A DNA stretch of 63,108 bases, the filler included, from Bigelowiella natans CCMP2755 (lineage: Eukaryota > Protista > Cercozoa): assembly GCA_000320545.1 (NCBI GenBank). It is 7 parts of 7 records of this genome, joined end to end, with 100 filler letters (N's around TTAATTAATTAA, not from the genome) between each part and the next. Parts side by side here need not be neighbours in the genome. Positions count along the whole stretch, not along the records: positions 46,782 to 59,819 come from ADNK01003317.1; positions 59,920 to 61,402 come from ADNK01001056.1; positions 61,503 to 63,108 come from ADNK01000729.1; 4 more parts are not named here. One strand, given 5' to 3'. Below the pieces are notes generated by a model. That model did no database searches. It worked only from the letters and a program-made list of their open reading frames with translations, and had not been told where the DNA came from. Positions 54,101 to 63,108 of this stretch are shown one piece after another; position 1 is the stretch's first letter; each line of letters begins with the position of its first letter. The position numbers and the translations under genes were made by a program.

Positions 54101-56820
54101 CAAATGCAGCACATTCTCTGATCGCCTACCTCAAAGATCGTCCTGATGTGAAAGGTATCGCCCACGTGCCAATCAACTTGCAGATACTCTGCAACCTTTG
54201 GAAAAGCGGCAAGGATAAAGTAGAGGCGGCCAGTGGCAGCATGACCATACTATACGATTTGATGGTGAAGAAGGTGTGGGAGCGATACGAAAAACACGAG
54301 GATGGAGGGCGTTATGTGCGAGTTGATGGTGAAAAGGTCATCATCAGGGACGATAAGAAGAAGCTTATGAAACTCCTGGGATGTATCGCTTTGGCAAGCT
54401 TCCAGGAGGCAGAGCGACAGATACTCATTGACGAACAGATTAGCGAAGCTGAAATCAACAAAGCTGTGGAGACAAACAAGATGTATTCTGAGCATAACCA
54501 CAAAGGTGGAAAAAGGGCCTTGCGAGAGCTTTTGGCCCAAAGTGGATTTTTGCGTAAGACTGATGACGGATCAAAGAGTGAGTTTCTGCATCTCACTTTC
54601 CAAGAGCGTTTTGCAGGTACTGAGCTTGCCCTGCAGCTACTCTCTAAAGATGACAACGAGAAAGCCGAAGCCGCCAAATATATCTCTGCCAATAAGTACA
54701 AAAGTGAACTCAAAATCGTGTTTTCTTTTCTGGCTGGAAAGGTGTATCTGAAAGGAAGTGAGGAAGGGCTTCAAAGACTTCTAAGAGCACTCGACATGGC
54801 TCCTCAGGAGGAAATGGGTTTACAACATAATCTTTTGAAAGTGTTTTGTATAGAACAGTGTCTAGAAGTTGGGATGATCGAGGAAGAACTTAAATCGATA
54901 GCTGATTACAGTGCACTAGTGACGGAACTTACTTCTTCGGCAATTGAGGACCTAAGGGTTGCCAGTTTGAGAAGATCAGACCCAATGTTACCTCGGCTCC
55001 TTGCAAATCTACCATGTTGGATGAAAACAACTGGTTTAGCAAGGGTGTACACTGTGGACTTCGAAGCTAGGCATGATATTAATCGACGCATAAAATCAAT
55101 AGTGGAATTGGGCCGCTCGGCCACTGCGGAAGCGCAGTCGGGGCTAGTAAAGGCACTCAGAGATAAAGATAAAAATGTACGCTATGAAGCAGTCAAGGCT
55201 ATCGGATATCTGGGAAGCTCCGCCATACCGGAAGCGCAGTTGGGGCTAGTAAAGGCACTCAGAGATGAAGACAGAATTGTACGCAAGACTGCAGCCAGTG
55301 CCATCGGAAAATTGGGCAGCTCCTTCACAGCGGAAGCGCAGTTGGGGCTAGTAAAGGCACTCAGAGATAAAGATATATATGTATACTATGAAGCAGTCAA
55401 AGCCATCGGATATCTGGGAAGCTCTGCCATACCGGAAGCGCAGTCGGGGCTAGTGAAGGCACTCAGAGATGAAGATAAATATGTACGCTGGTTTGCAGCC
55501 AGTGCCATCGAAGATTTGGGCAGCTCCGCCACAGCGGAAGCGCAGTTGGGGCTAGTAAAGGCACTCAGGGATGAAGACAAAGATGTACGCCAGGCAGCAG
55601 CCAGTGCCATCGGAAAGTTGCGCAGCTCCGCCATACCGGAAGCGCAGTCGGGGCTAGTGAAGGCACTAAAAGATGAAGACGGAACTGTACGCTGGTTTGC
55701 AGCCAGTGCCATCGAAGATTTGGGCAGCTCCGCCACAGCGCAAGCGCAGTCGGGGCTATTAAAGGCACTCAGAGATGAAGACAAATATGTACGCCAGGAA
55801 GCAGCCAGTGCCATCGGATATCTGGGAAGCTCCGCCACAGCGGAAGCGCAGTCGGGGCTAGTAGAGACACTCGAAGATGAAGACAGAACTGTACGCTATG
55901 AGGCAGCCAGTGCCATCGGAAAATTAAGCAGCTCCGCCACAGCGCAAGCGCAGTCGGGGCTAGTAGAGGCACTCAGAAATGAAGACATATTTGTACGCTG
56001 GGCAGCAAAGCATGCCATCAAAAGATTGGGCAGCTCCGCCACAGCGAAAGCGCAGTTGGGGCTAGTAAAGGCACTCAGAGATGAAGACAAAGATGTACGC
56101 CTGAGAGCAGCCTATGCCATCGGAAAATTGGGCAGCTCCGCCACAGCGGAAGTGCAGTCGGGGCTAGTAAATGCACTCAGAGATGAAGATGAAGATGTAC
56201 GCCAGGAAGTAGCCTATGCCATGGGATTGATTGCCAATGCGGTCAGAGCGAAAGCTGCGGAATCGACTTTTGTTGATGTTCTTTTGGATGGTCTACTTCT
56301 AACTGCTCCAAATGCAGAGATAGTAAGAGAAGTTTTCCTCAACACTAACTCCATCTTTAGGATCCTAGCATATTGCAAATCCAAACAGAAACTCATTAGA
56401 GAAGTTTTGTCACCAATGATCATCAATGACATTCTATACCATGAGCGTTTAGTCATAACTGAACAGAAGCAGGTCTTTCTTTACCAACAAGTTGGCAGTA
56501 CTCCTTTAAATGGCCTTCCCAGAGAAGGCATCGAAGAACTCCAAATGGAAATAAAAGCTTATCGGAACTGTGCTTTCGAATCTTACAAGGCATACAAGTA
56601 ATCTCAGATATTGAATGTGCTCATGAAATAAATGTACTCACTGTTTTGTCATGGTTGTGGGTTGTCTAAACGTCTTCCCAGATCAGGCACTTCGGCAGGC
56701 ATGACAACTGGGGAAGGAAACAAAGATGTCAAGGAAGATCACGACGTCAAAGACAACGAAGATGCTGTGAAAGAAAAAGACGCCGAAGCAGATGAAAGAA
56801 AATGCCTCAACAACTGGTAG
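51169..56820 (+). CDS. NLR-like STAND protein: N-terminal helical region + NACHT NTPase + HEAT-like repeat array; 1810-codon exon 51169-56597 with a probable small last exon 56682-56820
   Basis: Walker A VLLGRAGIGKTT, Walker B LLILDGLDE, VSRPY, PINLQILC, winged-helix EFLHLTFQERFAG; eleven 34-aa HEAT/PBS-lyase-type repeats. Confidence 0.95.
55120..56241 (+). repeat. Coding tandem array, 11 x 102 bp (34-aa HEAT-like repeats)
   Basis: Unit ATAEAQSGLVKALRDEDxxVRxxAxxAIxxLGSS; GGGCTAGTAAAGGCACTCAGAGAT recurs with 102-bp period (55141, 55243, 55345...). Confidence 0.97.
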
Positions 56821-57619
56821 AGAGCGGGTAGAAATAGAGAAATGTGCACAAGGAAGCAACTAATTGTGCGATTGATTTTGTTGCAATTCAGACGACAATG
56901 AAGCAAGCAGAGCCACCTTCTTGGAGCACAAGCTGGAATGCCTGTGACAACGCAAACCATCATTGTGAACGCTGCAACATGACATGCACATGTCATGCAT
57001 GTAAGAGCACAAGGGGCATTTCTCATGGACACCTCTAGACCTCAATGCAATGCACACACTTGCTAGCTGTGCACACAATGTCACTGTGTCTGTTGTCATC
57101 ATCACAACTTTGATCCCAGAACGAGAGATGAAATGCAAAGCATGCTAGCATGGTGCACATGGTTAAATGTTTTGTGATGATCAGCGCGCGGCTATTTCTA
57201 GATTTGTTGCGGTCTCCTTTTCACGCAGTAGTGCACGATGCCACGGCTGCTTGCGCTTCATCGGATCGCTGCGCACGCATGAGCCACTGTGCGCAATGCT
57301 TGTCAATGCTGGAATGCCGTGTGCAATTCGACTTGCTGTGATGCTGTCACATGCGTGCTATGGTTTGACATTTGTTCACAAATGATGATGAAAGGGAGCT
57401 GATTTCCATGGATGCCAGCTGCTAATGGCATCGACGACGATGATGAAACCGCCGCTCCTCGGCATGCATGTTCTGTCGCCATTGACTTCATTCACTTCGA
57501 AATGGCCATTTTGCGTTGTTTTCCCTCCATCAGAGTCGTCCACCGGTCACGTGCATCACCACGCACTAGCGCAACAGCCGCATCCTGCCACCTCATCAGC
57601 ACGAGATCAACTACCTTAG

Positions 57620-58112
57620 CGACGGTGAGTTGGGTCTCTCATTTTTGAAGGAGAAGCTTCCCACAACAATTGCACATGCGAACATCACTGGTCGTAGCGC
57701 GCCCAAGGGGGTGGGGGCTCGCTCGCAGGGAGAGCGCTTTTCGAGTCGGGCGCACCTGAGGAATCATCGAAGAATTAAGGATGGAGATTCACGATATGTA
57801 ATAATAAGCTGGTTGTTTAGGCAGTTGTAGAAGTTAGAGTAGTAGTATTAGTAACGACAGTAGTGGTAGTTGCAGCATTACCGGGCGTTTTCAGCCCCAT
57901 CCCCATTTGGCCCCCAGCGATAAGCGCTCCTCCAGCTCCTTGCTGGTGGGCAGGGATCTGTAAGGATAAAACAGCATGATTCTATGATGAGCGTATGGCG
58001 AGTTGTTGTCATTTGCAGCCTCCAACGCTGCTAATATTCTAAAAATCGGATATGTGGATTTTTCGTCTTTTAAAGCTAAACTCGTTTTTGTGGAACTTTT
58101 CCTCTCTCCCTT

Positions 58113-58180
<68 letters not shown>

Positions 58181-58336
58181 TGCGTGGAATGGTGTGGTTT
58201 GGCGTTGTGTGTTTCTTCTCACAGGAAGCAGATTTGGCACTGCAGCGCCTGGGGCAATTCCGAATGAGGGGCCTGCCATGCTCCTAAAGCAATTTTATTC
58301 GAAATAAAACAGAATACGTTTAACATCATTGTTGAT

Positions 58337-58382
<46 letters not shown>

Positions 58383-59438
58383 GTGTGTATAATATTGATA
58401 ATGCGAATTATTAAGAGCTAGCAGCCAATCACGATAAGATTGAATTCTTGATGTCTAATCTTTATAACATCATATATTTTTGTTTTCGCATCGAAAAACA
58501 TCGTAAAATGGCAGCCCTCCTCACTCATTCATTGATTTATTTTTTACGCTGTTCTTCTTCCTCTCCCAACACTCCCTCTCTAGAAAAGGCAATGTCATCT
58601 AAGCATCGATGTCTTCAGCAGCGTCTCCCCTCTCATTCAATCCCCTGGTAAGTCGTTATTCTCAATGGTGTGTTTCTAGACGTACGGCGAAGGCATCAGC
58701 GGCTGTGGCTGTTTGATAAATAAAACAAAAAACATTTTTCCATCGTCAACACATCAATTCCGCTAGCAGAGAATTTCAATGAAATTGTCAAAATATTTAC
58801 GATCTCTTCTGTTTGTGCGCGTCCATTCTCAATTCTCAATGCATAGAAGCATCGTATTTACCTCGCCTCCTGCCATTGGCGGTGTTGCGCCCATTATGTT
58901 GGCTGATTTGGTACGATATTCATCCATCGAATTATTGACCTCTCGTCAAGACGTGGAATACATGACGACATCGACGACGATTATGAGGAGGAAGGGGTAA
59001 GGGGGAAGGGGGAAGGGTGTTTTTCTTGATGACAAAATCGATAGTGTTTTTACCAGATCATCACCATCATCATCATCATCATCATCATCATGATTCATCA
59101 TCACAACAACCTAGCGACATGGCGGGTGACTGCAGCGAAGACTGGAAAAACGACGGCACCGGCACACTTTAGATGTATATAGTAGGATAATAATACACGC
59201 AATAAATTCTTTTTAGAGAAGTTATAAATTATGATGATGATGACGACGATGAAGGTGATGGTGATGATGATCATGATCATGATGCTGATGATGCTGATGA
59301 CAGCGGAACAAAGCGTATATCCCCATCGTCATCATATTGTACGCATAGAATAGCACATACAATCAATCGATATACGACTTCATGCGTTAAAGTATCACCT
59401 TGGGTTCACCATATGTGCCAGATTTTGACCTGCGGATA

Positions 59439-59500
<62 letters not shown>

Positions 59501-59612
59501 AAAGGGCTCATCATCACACCCACTTCCATCGCTAATCATATCCCAAAATTAGCAGTATGAGTCTTACCGAAAGATGCCCCCCCTGGAGTCGGAGCTGATG
59601 GTTCGCGATACT
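57620..59612 (-). CDS. Low-complexity Pro/Gly/Met-rich protein C-terminus on many small exons, 5' partial
   Basis: In-phase small exons YREPSAPTPGGASF-QNLAHMVNP-VPVPSFFQSSLQSPAMSL-NIMGATPPMAGGE-PQPLMPSP..SMAGPSFGIAPGAAVPNLLP-IPAHQQGAGGALIAGGQMGMGLKTP; terminal exon uncertain. Confidence 0.5.
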
Positions 59613-59819
59613 GAATAGAGAGAGGGAGAGCGAGAGACAGAGAGAGAGAGAGAAAAAAGTTCACAACGTGCGGTTGCAAACATGCTTCTGATGCTTCGCC
59701 ATTATCACCTTCACCATCACCATCATCATCATCATCATCATCATTATCATCATCATCATTACCATCATCATCATCATCATTATCATCACCATCATCACCA
59801 TCGTCATCATCATCATCAC

Positions 59820-59919
59820 NNNNNNNNNNNNNNNNNNNNNNNNNNNNNNNNNNNNNNNNNNNNTTAATTAATTAANNNNNNNNNNNNNNNNNNNNNNNNN
59901 NNNNNNNNNNNNNNNNNNN
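59820..59919. other. Artificial assembly linker
   Basis: 44 N + TTAATTAATTAA + 44 N. Confidence 0.98.
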
Positions 59920-59952
59920 CCCCCCCCCCCCTCTACAAAGTAGGTTACCCAC

Positions 59953-60150
59953 CTCCTTTAGGAAAGTGCTGAACTCATTGTGACACTCCTCGTACTTTGT
60001 CGGATCCTGTGGGAATAATACAAAGGGGGGCGGGAGGGAGGGTTACGAGAAAACTAAGATCTCCCAGTTTTTTATCGAGCAGCTCATTGCACATTCTTTG
60101 CTTCATCGGGGAAGAACGGATATTAGTTTTTTCGTCAAAACCTAAAATAC

Positions 60151-60227
<77 letters not shown>

Positions 60228-60714
60228 GATCAATATCGCATGCTCTTTTACTTTTTTAAATAACCACCATATCGGCCCCCCACCCCCCCCTTCTTTCTTC
60301 CCCTCCTCACATTGTTGATTTTGTTGATAAGGGCGCTGTCCTGCATGTTCTCTCGTGAGATGTTCAGAGGAATGTCCTCGCTATCAACCTGAAAAACAGA
60401 ATACACCTTAAGGGAGAAGAAGATGGAGATCAAGATCAAAAACAAAAAAGACGCATTGAAAAACAAATAGAGCGACTCTTACTGCAGCTACCCAATCCCC
60501 CCCTCCACACACACATCGTGTCTGTTCTTGGTAGTACTGACGTTGAAATCCACATCACATCTTCTCTTCCACACACTATCTCTCTTGTTGTCGTCATCAT
60601 CAATCAATCCTCATCGTCAATCCTCATCATGAATCATCATATTCTCCTCACCACTCCCTTCACAAAGCGAAGCCATTCCGGCAGCAGCTTCTTGCTTTTC
60701 GGAGTGATCAAAAC
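59953..60714 (-). CDS. TRAP1: Mitochondrial HSP90-family chaperone (TRAP1/HSP75), internal fragment
   Basis: [54 protein letters not shown]...[23 protein letters not shown]; one apparent sequencing frameshift. Confidence 0.88.
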
Positions 60715-61402
60715 CTGGGCACGCACACACGCACACAGCGGCATAAAACACATAAATGGCGTCCGGCCAACACAGCTGCAATCGCCATTCATTGCGCATC
60801 AAACGTCGATAATAGGACACAAGTGCTTGCTGCCGTCCTCAATCAGCAGTTTGAAACAACACCGGTAAACAATAAAGGGCTCTCTCTGAAAGAGGCTTCG
60901 ATCATGACGGTTCGGGGCACAATGGCGTTGAAATAATGCGCTGTGCGGACGGGGAGGGGGGGGGGGGGGGGGGGAACTACAAAACCACTACTGTTACTAC
61001 TTCGGGAACATTTATTGCCACCCTCAGTGCCGTAATTGTTCCTATTTTTCCTCGGAAGGCTGGGGGACTCCTATCCTAATTTTTCCGGACTTCTCGTCCA
61101 TATCGGGGGACGGGGCGGCTAGTCTTCAGTTGTTGTTGTGGGTGGGGGAAATTGTAGAAAGTTTTCTCGTAATTGGGGATAGGGGAATAATATCTAGGAA
61201 TTTTTGTTATTGTTGGTATCAAAGAGGGGACGCAGGTTGGAGTGAGATCTGATAACATAAAGAGACTGTAACACAACGGAAACTCCAATGAAAGTCATAA
61301 TCAAAAAGATTCTGAAGAGTATTATTATACCGGAATCCCAGGAAAAAAAATTTGGTCTAGTCCAAAAGGATCGAAGTGGCCGCTTTTTAACGAGGAAGAG
61401 TG

Positions 61403-61502
61403 NNNNNNNNNNNNNNNNNNNNNNNNNNNNNNNNNNNNNNNNNNNNTTAATTAATTAANNNNNNNNNNNNNNNNNNNNNNNNNNNNNNNNNNNNNNNNNN
61501 NN
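61403..61502. other. Artificial assembly linker
   Basis: 44 N + TTAATTAATTAA + 44 N. Confidence 0.98.
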
Positions 61503-61978
61503 GTATGTTCTATGGAAGGGAAGGCAACAAAAATTGGGCTTTTGAGGATGAACCCCACACCCGCCGCCGGGAAATTCCGGGAAGGGTCAAACTAGTGCCT
61601 CCCCTACAATCTCTGGTGTTGCCGTAGTTCCATCCATGGTCGACGAAACTTTTATTTCCGGTTCAGTGTCTTTGATCTATCTTTTATTTGGGCAATAGTC
61701 GAAATTCTAGGTAACTTTCAGTGGTACCCGTCCACCTTTGAGCTTCTATCTGTGAGATCTGTGTCTTTTGTCGGTTCGAAGGCATTATATCATAAACTCT
61801 CTCGCTATTTTAAAATCTATTTTTGTAATTTTGGTGTTGTCAAAACTATTATAATGTTTTTAAAAACCCCCTTTTTATCGTGCCCCCCCCCCCCCCCCCC
61901 CCCTGCACATACTGGTTGTTGTTGCTTCTTCACCTTCTACGCTGCTCCCTATTCTTCGCTATCTCCTCTCTCCCCTAG

Positions 61979-62070
61979 GCTCGATGGCATGATGGAAGCT
62001 TACAAGAAGGAGGTCGTCAGAGAGAGGGGAACAAAGGAGAACTGGAAGATTTATGATGGGATGATGAAGC
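61979..62070 (+). CDS. Possible terminal exon of an unidentified gene
   Basis: Pyrimidine tract + AG at 61978 followed by purine-rich coding-like sequence; frame not determinable. Confidence 0.25.
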
Positions 62071-62071
62071 G

Positions 62072-62172
62072 CGCGCACACACACACACGCACACACACGC
62101 ACACACACGCACACACACGCACACACACGCACACACACGCACACACACGCACACACACGCACACACACGCAC
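62072..62172. repeat. Compound microsatellite (GCACACACAC)n
   Basis: 10-bp periodic CA repeat interrupted by G. Confidence 0.85.
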
Positions 62173-62908
62173 CCAACCGCATGCACACAAACATAGAAGC
62201 GCAAGTACTGAATCAATGCTTGACATGTCATGACGGCCAGGTTTTACCAAAGCATGGATACATCGTCAACGATGGAAAGGCAAGTCACCACCAACAACAG
62301 CCGCGCACAGCAACGGCAACCCCAAATGTGCTCTGTGCGAATCAATGCGGAAATCAATTCCAGCAGAGGGAATTGCCTTTGTTCATACCAAAACTCGCAC
62401 ACGCAGTGTGCACGGATTGAGCGAGCATGCACCGTGCATTACTCAAAAAACACATTTTCGAATACGCACGACAATGGAAACAGCCCGGCTATGATGTTCT
62501 TCTACTCTGGTTGGTGCCGTCGTTGTGATGATGACGGGTTGGTCAAAAAACAACTGGTGCTGTAGCTAGCGTTGTAGAGTGCCCTCATCTGACTACTTGC
62601 GTGCGCACGTTTTGCTGTGATTGCAGATTCAGCACAAAGCTTACGCGCAGTTCCTGAGAGCTGTTTCAAGGATCACTTCGCCCGATATGGGATGCAAGGG
62701 TTGATGATGATAATGATAGTGAGAATGATGATGATGGTGATGGTGTTGATGATGACCATGGTTAATTGTGGTAATCATACTGCTGTTTTCGTGGTCGTTG
62801 CCGTCATCAACGTGGTCGTCGCTGTATTAAGATTCATTCCTTCAGTCGTGTGCATGGAATTGCGTGCATCCCTCCATCCATCCATCCATTCACCCATCAT
62901 GCTTCTTG

Positions 62909-62951
<43 letters not shown>

Positions 62952-63056
62952 TTCATATGCATTTAGGTTCGCAACAACTTCAACCCCCCCGCTCAACGCT
63001 ATCGTCGTCGTTTTCAAAATGCGGACAGAATGTACGATCGATCATGCATATCGAAA

Positions 63057-63095
<39 letters not shown>

Positions 63096-63108
63096 ATCAG
63101 CTACTGCT

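Noticed and set aside
55120-56241. TALE-like DNA-binding array or CRISPR-like array (34 aa, variable di-residues)
   Set aside because: The consensus is HEAT/PBS-lyase type (L..AL.D.D..VR..A..A.G.L), not the TALE LTPxQVVAIAS unit; there are no unique spacers and it is in-frame coding.
62480-62680. Minus-strand terminal exon QLSGTARKLCAES...
   Set aside because: Open frame only; no recognisable motif or secure splice partner.

Overview
Draft eukaryotic (protist) nuclear DNA: seven contigs joined by six artificial 100-bp linkers (44 N + TTAATTAATTAA + 44 N). Introns are numerous and often packed with microsatellites, so most ORF-track entries are noise and genes were read by joining exons across GT-AG introns by eye. 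Recognised genes: the C-terminus of a membrane-anchored GH1 glycosidase, a complete many-exon GPCR-PIP5K fusion facing head-to-head an orphan 7TM-like gene, a CS-domain gene abutting a Skp1 exon, ETF-ubiquinone oxidoreductase, a flavin amine oxidase, an SH3-like + TULIP/BPI-like protein, a class 3 lipase, URB2/Npa2, an OSCA/TMEM63-like channel, an SLC26 5' end, an EF-hand 3' end and a TRAP1 fragment. The standout is a 5.4-kb uninterrupted ORF for an NLR-like NACHT protein ending in eleven 34-aa (102-bp) HEAT-like repeats that are nearly identical in DNA except at four hypervariable codon pairs, with mosaic sharing between repeats; this suggests a recombining, diversifying receptor. A second window-wide pattern: CTAG/GCTAGC/GCATGC/TGCA-rich islands lie downstream of gene 3' ends but not in divergent promoter gaps. 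The gene content fits a rhizarian such as a chlorarachniophyte, but that is inference only. Family calls rest on recalled motifs, not database searches. Homopolymer-type frameshifts are common near contig ends.
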